A DNA stretch of 64,000 bases from Bacillota bacterium (GCA_035369845.1 DAOOVD010000003.1:2244-66243); one strand, 5' to 3'. Positions 8,633-16,932 are shown, counted from the first letter of the stretch. Numbers and translations are program-made. The notes: generated by a model not told the origin, from the letters alone.

Positions 8633-10079
8633 CGGCTATTTTTATCAAAAGGTCTGCGCAGTCCATAACATCTTTGTAGGCAACCGTATCTATAGACCGC
8701 CGCTCCATTTCATAACGTAGTTTGGTGACGTGTTTGCCTACGTCCTGCGCTATCTTCGTTACGATTTCCCGTACCCAGTAGCGGTCCTTTGTTTCAATTT
8801 GTTCCCTGGTCAGGCCGAGCAGCTCCGATTCGGCTTTTTCTTTTTCTTTCTTCAGGGTTTTAATCGTCTGCTTTAGTTCCTCATAATCCTCGGGCACTTT
8901 TTCAACTACTTCCGGCGGGCGGGATTCTAGTTCGACAATCTTCTTGTTCAGCTCCGCGATCTGTTCCTGAAGACTTTTTATCTTGGCGTCCCGGCTGGCA
9001 AGATCTTTGCGAAAACGTTCTTCAACGGCCCGGTGGGCATTGGTCAGCTTTTCTTCTATTTCCCTAACTTTGGCCTCGGCCTTTTCTTTATCCTGCTTGA
9101 GTTTTTCTGCCCTCTCAGATAACCGGTTCACTCTTTCCTGAAACTTGACAATTTCTTCCTCAACCGCCTTTTGTTCTTCTTTCCTTGCATCTTTTATGGC
9201 TTCTTCCATCCGGTTCTGAACATCGGAAAGCTCCCTGCGCACGTCATGCAGCTCGTCTTCAGCTTCGATGGCCCGGTTTTCCAGAGCCTGAGCATCGGCT
9301 TTGGCCCTTTCCAACTCCTTTTCCAGTTGCTCCTTTTCCTCGACTTTCTTGCGCAGTTCCTTTATTTCTGCAACAGTCATATCCGCAATTTGTTCTTTGA
9401 TCTGGCGGTAAATTTCAGTCTGCGCTTCGGGTGACAGATAGGCTACCTGCTCGGCTGCTGAGGTGCCCAGTTTACCGGAAGAAACCATTGCCTGAAATTC
9501 AGATATCAGGTCGTTGAGTTTTAAAATGCGTTTAACCGCCTTTTCGTTCGGCAGACCCAAAGCCTTTGCGATATCTTCGAGTGTTTTACCAGTATCTGTA
9601 TTTTTCAAGAGGACATTTTGTCCTCTTGAAATTTCCGAAAATTTTCCAGTATGCCTATCCCATCTCTTGCCGCCCCAGCCGACTTCCCAATACTTAGCCA
9701 GAAACTTTGCCCTTTTTGCCACCTTCATCGGGTCGCCACCGCCCTGCCGCCGCTCTTCGTTGTCAGCTATAAGCAGGTAAGTGATAATCTCTTCCCATTC
9801 TTCTTCGGTTTCAGCTCTCGGCCGGATCTCCTGGAACGGTACCTCTTTCAACCCTAGTTCCAGAGCTATGCGCAGCCGTTGGTGACCGGACACTACGGTG
9901 TTGTCCTCCAGTATCCACAGCGGTGTCCTGATTCCACCGGCCTCTATGCTCCGGCGGACCTCCTGGTATTTATCATTGTCCAGATCATCGTAGAACTCGG
10001 CATTTTTCGGGTGAGGTTTTAGCAGCTTTGGATCTATTAAACCCTCCTTGATTATGTCATATATTTTAGCATCGAGCAT
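8565..10079 (-). CDS. ParB/Srx-fold N-terminal domain + HTH + coiled-coil protein, cassette component A1
   Basis: LLKPHPKNAEFY..VVSGHQRLRIALELG..LIADNEERRQ, HTH-like KTLEDIAKALGLPNEKAVKRIL, and a long coiled coil. The central ~110 aa are nearly identical to A2. Confidence 0.7.
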   Translation of the reverse strand: MLDAKIYDIIKEGLIDPKLLKPHPKNAEFYDDLDNDKYQEVRRSIEAGGIRTPLWILEDNTVVSGHQRLRIALELGLKEVPFQEIRPRAETEEEWEEIITYLLIADNEERRQGGGDPMKVAKRAKFLAKYWEVGWGGKRWDRHTGKFSEISRGQNVLLKNTDTGKTLEDIAKALGLPNEKAVKRILKLNDLISEFQAMVSSGKLGTSAAEQVAYLSPEAQTEIYRQIKEQIADMTVAEIKELRKKVEEKEQLEKELERAKADAQALENRAIEAEDELHDVRRELSDVQNRMEEAIKDARKEEQKAVEEEIVKFQERVNRLSERAEKLKQDKEKAEAKVREIEEKLTNAHRAVEERFRKDLASRDAKIKSLQEQIAELNKKIVELESRPPEVVEKVPEDYEELKQTIKTLKKEKEKAESELLGLTREQIETKDRYWVREIVTKIAQDVGKHVTKLRYEMERRSIDTVAYKDVMDCADLLIKIAGELRNMVSLDARAGGDYIEVVV

Positions 10080-10104
10080 CCGAAATCAACTCCTTCTTTT
10101 GGTT

Positions 10105-10141
10105 TCCAAAAAACTTCAGGGAGCCGTGATATCGGCTCCCC
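10105..10141 (-). terminator. Intrinsic terminator, copy 1 of a duplicated ~45-bp terminator sequence
   Basis: GGGAGCCG-ATATCA-CGGCTCCC (8-bp perfect stem) followed on the minus strand by TGAAGTTTTTTGG. It lies directly after the stop of 10151-10456. Confidence 0.75.
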
Positions 10142-10150
10142 GAAAACGTC

Positions 10151-10456
10151 TTAATTTGTCTGTCGCATGATGATGCCAGCAATTGCACATTCCCTTATCG
10201 CTCGGTTGGCCTGTTTGTACCTTTCGTAAGCAATCTTTGCCTCATGATTTTCATCGACATCAGCAAAGAAAGCATCCAGCTTTGATTCCAACGATTTATC
10301 AGCAAGCAGGTTACGCAAATTATGTTGTTCTCCAGACACCCCACTGGAAATATAAAACGAAACTGCTTTAATCAGGTTCTGTTCAAAAGCTTTCCAAAAT
10401 GGATCAACACGGTTATGTTGTTCAAAAACAGCCTTTTCTTCCGATTGTTTGTACAT
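10151..10456 (-). CDS. Hypothetical protein (101 aa)
   Basis: ATG-initiated ORF with helical-looking composition; no motif recognised. Confidence 0.5.
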   Translation of the reverse strand: MYKQSEEKAVFEQHNRVDPFWKAFEQNLIKAVSFYISSGVSGEQHNLRNLLADKSLESKLDAFFADVDENHEAKIAYERYKQANRAIRECAIAGIIMRQTN

Positions 10457-10542
10457 TCAATTCATCTCCTTCTATTAAAGGATTTTTTTGTAATTTGTAG
10501 AATTTCCCAGCATCAACTAACTTCGAAAGGAGGGTTTAGGAA

Positions 10543-10731
10543 TTGTCTGCCGTGCAAAACGAAAGTCCTAACAGTTCCTGCTGCCCTTTTACAAAAAATA
10601 CTTGTTCTAAAGAGTGTCCACTAAGTTTTCCTTATCCTAACAGAGTTGCTGTTTGTGCGTTTACCGCAATTGCTATGCTTTTATACAACATAGAAGCACG
10701 ACTTAACGACATAAAAAACAATATACGATAA
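10543..10731 (+). CDS. Possible small Cys-rich protein with one hydrophobic segment (62 aa)
   Basis: TTG start 8 nt after AAAGGAGGG. It is the only plus-strand ORF between 6 and 18860. N-terminus has five Cys (..SSCCPFTKNTCSKEC..), followed by VAVCAFTAIAMLLY. Confidence 0.35.
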   Translation: MSAVQNESPNSSCCPFTKNTCSKECPLSFPYPNRVAVCAFTAIAMLLYNIEARLNDIKNNIR

Positions 10732-10825
10732 ATCCCTCCTTTTTTATCAGGATTATCAGGATTGCCAAAAAATCTAGGGGGTTCTTAACAGTTACCTTAC
10801 TCCCGACAAAGTTCAATTTAGATTC

Positions 10826-10863
10826 TTCCCAAAAAACTTCAGGGAGCCGTGAAATCAGCTCCC
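10826..10863 (-). terminator. Intrinsic terminator, copy 2 of the duplicated terminator sequence
   Basis: GGGAGCTG-ATTTCA-CGGCTCCC with one mismatch, followed on the minus strand by TGAAGTTTTTTGGG. It lies directly after the stop of the HNH gene. About 85% identical to 10105-10150 over ~45 nt. Confidence 0.7.
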
Positions 10864-10871
10864 TGAATACA

Positions 10872-11681
10872 TTAGCCAACCAGTTCAATCAACTTTTCCC
10901 GCAACCACTCCGCTCCTGGCCCTCCCTTTGCAATGACGCTTTCGACCTTTGCATAAACCTTTTTTGCCTCCTGTATTTCGTCTGCTTCTTCCTTTTTTGC
11001 AATGTCTTTGAATTCATCGCTTGCCTCCTCTTCGATAATCAGTTTGCGCATCTGTCTGGTGCTCAGATGCTCGTCGGCAGCCCTGGCTAAGATTTCATAA
11101 GGGTCTTTCTTAGACGTTAACGCAATATTGTGGTGCTCAAACTTCAGGCCAGGTATCCGCATGCTTTCTTCGGGAAAAGCCTTGTAAACCTTCACATATT
11201 TTCTTATAAAAGAAACGCTTACATTTAGTTGCGATGCCAGCCACTTAACACTTACCCCAGTGGACAATAGGGCATCCAGCAACTGCGCTTTGGTCCACTT
11301 TATGTCAATTTCCTGTTCGTCTAGCGATATGTACGCCTGAATCAATTCCTCAATTCCAGGTTCCTGCTCTTTCTCCGACAGCGGAGGGAATTTGTCGGGT
11401 ACCGGTATTTCGATGGCCCGGCAGACTTCCTCGGGTGTTGTTTTCTCCCGCCTGGCAACTATCTGAACAAGCACCAGCCGGTCAATTTTATATTCCTGGG
11501 CGGCCCGGTGGTGCTCCGGGCACAGCCTGATTCTGTTTAACAATATGTCTTTACCGCCTGTACCTCTGGTTTTAATATGGTGCGTCTCGACGTAACCCGG
11601 TTTGCCGCAGTATTCGCACCAGGCAACCGGTTCTTCCAGTTCGTAAGCAGGTTTATTAAGCGGAATAGTTGCAAGCTCCAA
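10872..11681 (-). CDS. HNH endonuclease fused to a helix-turn-helix-like C-terminal half
   Basis: CEYCGK..ETHHIKTRG..NRIRLCPEHHRAAQ is an HNH/Cys-box pattern. The C-terminal region (SVKWLASQLNVSVSFIRKYVKVY .. LSTRQMRKLI) is HTH-like. Confidence 0.7.
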   Translation of the reverse strand: MELATIPLNKPAYELEEPVAWCEYCGKPGYVETHHIKTRGTGGKDILLNRIRLCPEHHRAAQEYKIDRLVLVQIVARREKTTPEEVCRAIEIPVPDKFPPLSEKEQEPGIEELIQAYISLDEQEIDIKWTKAQLLDALLSTGVSVKWLASQLNVSVSFIRKYVKVYKAFPEESMRIPGLKFEHHNIALTSKKDPYEILARAADEHLSTRQMRKLIIEEEASDEFKDIAKKEEADEIQEAKKVYAKVESVIAKGGPGAEWLREKLIELVG

Positions 11682-11709
11682 AAAACAAATCCCCCTTTCC
11701 TTCGAGCTA

Positions 11710-11943
11710 TTATAACCGATCTTTTAGTACTCGCAAGGTGCGCGACTTGCCTGGTTCGAAATCGATGTATCCCTGTCGCCTAATTTTTGTAAGATGTTCG
11801 TGAATAGTTGCTGACGATCTTAACCCAACTATTGCACCTATTTCCCTAACCGACGGCGAGTAACCCTTAACCTGGATAAATTCTCGTATTGCATTGTAAA
11901 TTTTTTGCTGGATCTCAGTCAAACTAAAACACCCCTCAACCAA
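11710..11943 (-). CDS. LexA-type winged-helix DNA-binding domain protein with no peptidase domain
   Basis: 77 aa. LTEIQQKIYNAIREFIQVKGYSPSVREIGAIVGLRSSATIHEHLTKIRRQGYI matches the LexA N-terminal domain. The ORF ends before any S24 Ser/Lys domain. Confidence 0.7.
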   Translation of the reverse strand: MVEGCFSLTEIQQKIYNAIREFIQVKGYSPSVREIGAIVGLRSSATIHEHLTKIRRQGYIDFEPGKSRTLRVLKDRL

Positions 11944-11949
11944 TTGGCC

Positions 11950-12210
11950 TTATGCTGTCATTTCCAGCTCAGTTATGCCCCGCTTTAAGTACAGCACTTT
12001 AACTCCGCGCCTCTTCGCCTCTTTTTTGACATAATGCATGGCTTTGTGGCTTATGAATCCGGTCAGGATTATGACTAGATCAACCATCGGCAGGGCAAAC
12101 ACCTTCTTGCTCCTGCCGTCCCAGTGCAGCACTTCTTCGGCGCCGAATTTTTTCTTAAGATAATCAGCTTTTGTGCCCAGGTTGTCAGCGCCCACAACCA
12201 AACATCGCAT
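11950..12210 (-). CDS. DUF2325-like small protein
   Basis: MRCLVVGADNLG..LVIILTGFISHKAMHYVKKEAKRRGVKV resembles the DUF2325 pattern. Start set at ATG 12210, which overlaps the stop of the upstream ORF (TGATG). The track ORF extends to 12270. Confidence 0.55.
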   Translation of the reverse strand: MRCLVVGADNLGTKADYLKKKFGAEEVLHWDGRSKKVFALPMVDLVIILTGFISHKAMHYVKKEAKRRGVKVLYLKRGITELEMTA

Positions 12211-12407
12211 CACTTTACACTCCTTTCCCTGTTTTTTTTGGGATATATACTGCCTTTTTTCATTTCCCACTCTACCGGACTATAAAACCTGGTCTTTTTT
12301 TTGATGCCCATCCTAACCAGCACAGGCCCTTTTCTGTCGAACATCCTGGCAATGTACTCCAACTGCTCAGGTGTGAAATCAGCAGGACTGCCTTTGAACC
12401 TTTCCAT
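12210..12407 (-). CDS. Hypothetical small protein (65 aa)
   Basis: ORF whose stop overlaps the next start, which suggests translational coupling; no motif recognised. Confidence 0.4.
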   Translation of the reverse strand: MERFKGSPADFTPEQLEYIARMFDRKGPVLVRMGIKKKTRFYSPVEWEMKKGSIYPKKNRERSVK

Positions 12408-12451
12408 AATCTTACCCCAAAAATACTGAGGGCCGGACTAACCGGCCCTGT

Positions 12452-14671
12452 TCAATTTTCTGCAACCTGATTTTGCAACCATATGCCAGAATTTTCGATT
12501 CTATCCCTGAGCTTTGTGTTTCTCGCTGACAACTTATTGTTTCTAACCGCTATCCAATAAGCTTTTTTGGTCCCTACCAGCACCACTTTTTCCTTGGCCC
12601 TCGACACCGCCGTGTAAATGAGCTTGCGGTTCAGCATGATATAGTGGCTGGTCGTCAGGGGGATCACCACCGCTTTGAACTCCGACCCCTGGCTTTTGTG
12701 GGCAGTGATCGCATAGGCCAGTTCCAGGTTGTGCAGCTCGCTTTTGCCGAACTCTACATCGCCTTGATGTTCAAAGTAAACCGTAATGCCAGCGGCTTCT
12801 CCGTTTTCGTTTTCTATCACGCGACTGATAATGCCGGTCTCGCCGTTAAAGACGCCGTACTCGCCCTTTTCGTAATTGTTTCGGACGCATATAACCCGGT
12901 CGCCAACCCGGAATACGGCATCGCCGCAAGTGATTTCTCTCCCTCCTGCCTTGCTGCTTGGGTTTAACCTTTCCTGCAACATGCGGTTTAGCGTTATAGT
13001 TCCGACTGGACCGTTCTTCATAGGAGACAGCACCTGTATATCATCCAGGGAGTAACCGAGTTTTAAAAACCTCATAACGCATCCGACAATTGTCCTGGTG
13101 ATTTCCTCCGGCTCGCTTTTCTCGATGAAATAAAAATCACCCCTGCCATGGTCGGGGTAAAAAACCTTCCCTTTATTTATTGCGTGCGCTCCGGTCACAA
13201 TCTGGCTTTGCGATGCCTGCCGGAACACTTTCTCCAACCTCACCGCAGGCACTCCCGCCGCCAGGAGATCAGCCAGGACATTGCCCGGCTCGACCGAAGG
13301 CAGCTGGTCGGCGTCGCCCACAAGCAACACGCGCGTGTCCTCGCCAACTGCGTCGAACAACATCTTCGCCATGCTTACGCCCATCATGGACACCTCGTCT
13401 ACGACCAGGAGGCCGCAGGGCAAAGGGCTGCTCCTGCAGTATGCCGGCGTTGGCGCGCCCGGCCTGAAACCCAACAACCTGTGGACCGTGCTCGCGCCCC
13501 TGCCGGTCACCTCGGCCAGCCTGCGGCTGGCCTTGCCGGTGGGCGACGCCAGGAGGACGGGTTTGCCGAAAAGGCTTTCGTAAACGCTTATCACTGCTTT
13601 TACGGCAGTGGTCTTGCCAACGCCGGGGCCGCCGGTCAAGATCAGCAGGTTGTTGTTCATCAGGCTAACCACGACCTGCTTCTGCTCGCTAGAAAGCCTT
13701 ATGCCTTCCCTAAGCTCGTACTGTTTAACGAGCCTTTCGACTTTTTCCGGCAAAATGACATCTTTCCGAGGCTTTAACATCGACCTAGCGCTCTCCGCCA
13801 GCAAAACTTCGTCTTTGTATAGCTTGGGAGTGTAGACTGCATTATCTTCTATTACCAGCCTGTCGCTACTGGACAGGTGCTTAAGCATATTGTCCACCTG
13901 TTCCCTTGTGACGCATTTCTTTTTATGATTCAGCAGTTTTAAGGCTTTTCCCAATAACTCTTCTCTTGTCGCATAGCAATAGCCGTTGTCCCAGATTATT
14001 TCTTTGAGCGACTGGCGGATTGCGCCTGCAATTCGGCCCGTGCTGTCAAGGGATACGCCCAAGCCCTGGGCGATGGCGTCAGCCTTCAGAAACCCGATGC
14101 TGTCTACTTCCATAAGACAGTACGGATTCCGCTTGACCAGCTCTGCAGTAGCGCCGCCGAACTTTTTATGTGCTTTCATGGCGGCATTGACGGATATGCC
14201 GAGCGGCAGGAGTTGCGATACAATCCTCTGGGCTTCGTAGGCGCCTCTCACGCTTTCATAGACTTCCTGGGGCTTCCGTAAACCTTTTATACCTGCAAGC
14301 GCTTCAACGCCTTTTTCCATGATGTTTTTTACCGCCTCGGCACCGAGTTTTTCGACGATCCTCTTGGCAGTGACCGGGCCGACTCCTTTAATCAGGCTGG
14401 AGGACAGAAATGCAATAGCCTGTTCTTCAGTGGTGGGTACGATACGCTCCCAGGTATCTACCCTAACCTGGCGGCCGTACTTCTGATGTACGTACCATTC
14501 ACCTTTTACAAAAATCCTCTCTTTTTCCTCCGCACTGTAGAGATTACCAGATATGATTGCCTGCTTGTCGTTATAAACAAACAGAGCGACGTGATAGTCA
14601 TCGCTTCTGCTTTTAAAATAAAAACGGGTTACATGACCTTCGGCTGAAAACGATTCTTTTGTTTCTTCCAA
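12452..14671 (-). CDS. RecD2-like SF1B DNA helicase
   Basis: 739 aa. N-terminal OB/HhH region (IKGVGPVTAKRIVEKLG), Walker A LTGGPGVGKTT, LLVVDEVSM, VLLVGDADQLPSV, and C-terminal AITAHKSQGSEF..YTAVSRAK. Confidence 0.85.
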   Translation of the reverse strand: MEETKESFSAEGHVTRFYFKSRSDDYHVALFVYNDKQAIISGNLYSAEEKERIFVKGEWYVHQKYGRQVRVDTWERIVPTTEEQAIAFLSSSLIKGVGPVTAKRIVEKLGAEAVKNIMEKGVEALAGIKGLRKPQEVYESVRGAYEAQRIVSQLLPLGISVNAAMKAHKKFGGATAELVKRNPYCLMEVDSIGFLKADAIAQGLGVSLDSTGRIAGAIRQSLKEIIWDNGYCYATREELLGKALKLLNHKKKCVTREQVDNMLKHLSSSDRLVIEDNAVYTPKLYKDEVLLAESARSMLKPRKDVILPEKVERLVKQYELREGIRLSSEQKQVVVSLMNNNLLILTGGPGVGKTTAVKAVISVYESLFGKPVLLASPTGKASRRLAEVTGRGASTVHRLLGFRPGAPTPAYCRSSPLPCGLLVVDEVSMMGVSMAKMLFDAVGEDTRVLLVGDADQLPSVEPGNVLADLLAAGVPAVRLEKVFRQASQSQIVTGAHAINKGKVFYPDHGRGDFYFIEKSEPEEITRTIVGCVMRFLKLGYSLDDIQVLSPMKNGPVGTITLNRMLQERLNPSSKAGGREITCGDAVFRVGDRVICVRNNYEKGEYGVFNGETGIISRVIENENGEAAGITVYFEHQGDVEFGKSELHNLELAYAITAHKSQGSEFKAVVIPLTTSHYIMLNRKLIYTAVSRAKEKVVLVGTKKAYWIAVRNNKLSARNTKLRDRIENSGIWLQNQVAEN

Positions 14672-14811
14672 AAAACCTGCTCCTTTCTAAAGAAAGGTTT
14701 CGAAATGGAGTTCTGCGACAATTGAGACATTTTTTCGGTAGGTTAGTCTTTGCGACGCTGTTACTAATCGATCACTGAAAGAAAAATCGTGGATTAACAA
14801 ATGTTTTTCCT

Positions 14812-15714
14812 TTACCTTGCGGCTTTTTTCGTAAAAGAAACTGTTCCGGGTTCCTTCTTTGGCACCAGGAATTTGCTGTTCTTTTGGTCAAAGGCCAGTT
14901 CGATTACTTCGCAGTTGCCAAATCTGTTTTTTATTACTACAAGTTCGACATTATTTGTTTTCTTGGGATCGCTGGATTTGACGAGGTTAATCGCTACATC
15001 AACGTCATAGTCAATATCTCCAGACTCCTTGAATCCATAGGCCATTTTATCTCCGTAATACGCGGCTCTGCTCAAGCCACTGATGAGCATAACCCCGACG
15101 TCTTTTTCATCTCCAGCAAGGCGCTGGAATTCTGCGCTTGCATTTGCTACTGCTATTCGGGGATCGTTTTCATGTCTGGTCTCGGCCAATTTCTGGAGGT
15201 AATCAACGATTACCAGGAATTTTGCATCCGGTTCTTTCTCTCTCCGGTACCCGTTGATTATTTCCAGGATCATTTTTACCGAAAAATTTTTGTCTATCTT
15301 TTTGAAGCAAATCCTGCCCTTTGTTGCTGTAAAGTGCTCTCGACCAGCTTTTTCAAAAACTTTCAGATCTCCCAACCCTCTAGTGTAAGCCGTTACATCG
15401 AGGTTGGAATATTGGCATATCATCCTGGTATGTAAATTCTCCAGTTTATTCTCAGCGAAGCAGTAGATGATCACTGAATCATCGAATTTAGCAACGTTGG
15501 TTGCTATCTGAAGGGCCAATGCAGTCTTGCCTACACCTGGTTGACCGCCGATTACTACCACACTGCCGGGATTAATCCCGTTTATCATGGCATCCAGATC
15601 AGGAATTCCGGTGGAAAATCCAGTGAAGCACCTTCCCGTGCTTTGAGCAGCATCTTTTCGTAACTGGCATTCTTTCACGGTCATTTCCAGTGATCTATCT
15701 AACCAAACGTCCAA
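14812..15714 (-). CDS. DnaB/RepA-type RecA-fold replicative helicase-like ATPase (C-terminal domain only)
   Basis: GIPDLDAMINGINPGSVVVIGGQPGVGKTALALQIA, LVIVDYLQ, MLISGLSR. Start placed at TTG 15714, 8 nt after AAGGAGG; ATG 15684 is an alternative. The track ORF (to 15798) runs into origin repeats. Confidence 0.7.
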   Translation of the reverse strand: MDVWLDRSLEMTVKECQLRKDAAQSTGRCFTGFSTGIPDLDAMINGINPGSVVVIGGQPGVGKTALALQIATNVAKFDDSVIIYCFAENKLENLHTRMICQYSNLDVTAYTRGLGDLKVFEKAGREHFTATKGRICFKKIDKNFSVKMILEIINGYRREKEPDAKFLVIVDYLQKLAETRHENDPRIAVANASAEFQRLAGDEKDVGVMLISGLSRAAYYGDKMAYGFKESGDIDYDVDVAINLVKSSDPKKTNNVELVVIKNRFGNCEVIELAFDQKNSKFLVPKKEPGTVSFTKKAAR

Positions 15715-15736
15715 AACTAAAACCTCCTTGAGAAGG

Positions 15737-15777
15737 AAGAGGGAGTGGCGGGTATTTATTGCCCGCCACTCCCTCTT
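15737..15777. repeat. Perfect 16-bp inverted repeat with a 9-nt loop, inside the origin region
   Basis: aagagggagtggcggg - tatttattg - cccgccactccctctt. No U-tract follows on either strand. Confidence 0.9.
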
Positions 15778-15778
15778 G

Positions 15779-15805
15779 AAGATCTTAAAGATCTTCAAGA
15801 TCTAC
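15779..15805. repeat. Three tandem 9-bp repeats, each containing AGATCT (a GATC site)
   Basis: aagatctta aagatcttc aagatctac. Confidence 0.9.
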
Positions 15806-15861
15806 AGCAAAATCGATGACCTCTCAGCCTTACTCTCCCAAGGCTCAGAAAATTTTTCCAT

Positions 15862-16003
15862 GTCCTGTGAGGTCGAGAAAATCGTCCTGTGAGATCGAGA
15901 AAATTGTCCTGTGAGATCGAGAAAATTGTCCTGTGAGATCGAGAAAATTCTCTATAGATGACTTAAGATACAGAAAAATATGCCCTGTGAGATCGAGAAA
16001 ATC
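15862..16003. repeat. Iteron array: four contiguous 22-bp direct repeats plus a fifth copy after a 32-bp spacer
   Basis: gtcctgtgag(g/a)tcgagaaaat(c/t) at 15862, 15884, 15906 and 15928; gccctgtgagatcgagaaaatc at 15982. The array abuts the stop of the 303-aa ORF. Confidence 0.9.
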
Positions 16004-16004
16004 C

Positions 16005-16916
16005 TTAGCTCCTTTTTCTTCCAGCCAATATTACATGGTATATGTTGCCATCATAGTTGTAGTCTTCTATTACAAACGGATTCAGTTTCGACAAGATGTT
16101 TTCGATTGCCTTTTGAACCTTATCCTTTCTGTTACTTGATATGTTGCAGATTTCCCTGAGTTTTTCCAGCTTAAATTTGAGGTTTGTGTCAGGAATTCTT
16201 GAAGCCAAATAATAAGCAATATTTTTTATGCCATTTGCAACTATCGGATTTTTTTGTTGGTGAGCAATTTCCAACGCCTTGACAGGTACGGGAGCAGGAA
16301 TAATATCATTTATAGTTCTTGAATAATATTTGTTTATATGAATGTAAACGGGTTGTTTGTTTGTTGGAATCGCTATGTCGTCAATTTTAACGGTCCTTCC
16401 TACTCCATCGATAAAACCAAAAATTATATATTGGGTCTCAATTCTTCCTTTTTCATTTTTAAAGCGCCAGGGGTAATTCTTAATTGTATATGCGCGACAA
16501 AAAGTCAAGATATTCATTATGTTCTCAATATTTTTCCCGTTGGTTGATAACCCCAAAAGGTTTGCCAGTTTATATGTACTGGTTTTAACCATTAGATTTG
16601 CTCTATCGCCGCTAGTTAAGTACATCTGCGTAGAAGCCGCTATAACATCCCGCGCCATGCCCATGAGCCTTGCATATTGGAACAGTTCTACAGGGACATA
16701 AAATACTCTGTCATCTCCCGGCCATTTCCACTGGACAACTTGACAATAATCACCGGTATGGATCCGGTCATAGGCCAGTAGGTTTTCGTTTTTGGTGACA
16801 TCTTGCTGTAATGGGCGGAACAGATTAGTATCCCTGGCTGCATTGCGGTCGATGTTAATGACGTTGGGTTCTAACCAGGAAAACTTTTTTAGTTTACTGG
16901 TGTTCAATCTCATCAT
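16005..16916 (-). CDS. Putative replication initiator (function inferred from the adjacent iterons)
   Basis: 303-aa ORF immediately upstream of the iteron array and helicase genes. I recognise no sequence motif, so the function is from context only. Confidence 0.5.
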   Translation of the reverse strand: MMRLNTSKLKKFSWLEPNVINIDRNAARDTNLFRPLQQDVTKNENLLAYDRIHTGDYCQVVQWKWPGDDRVFYVPVELFQYARLMGMARDVIAASTQMYLTSGDRANLMVKTSTYKLANLLGLSTNGKNIENIMNILTFCRAYTIKNYPWRFKNEKGRIETQYIIFGFIDGVGRTVKIDDIAIPTNKQPVYIHINKYYSRTINDIIPAPVPVKALEIAHQQKNPIVANGIKNIAYYLASRIPDTNLKFKLEKLREICNISSNRKDKVQKAIENILSKLNPFVIEDYNYDGNIYHVILAGRKRS

Positions 16917-16932
16917 TCCCCAAGGCTTGTTC

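Noticed and set aside
15862-16003. Possible CRISPR array (regular 22-bp repeats)
   Set aside because: The repeats are contiguous with no spacers, number only five, and sit between a Rep-like gene and helicase genes. No cas genes are present. An iteron origin fits better.
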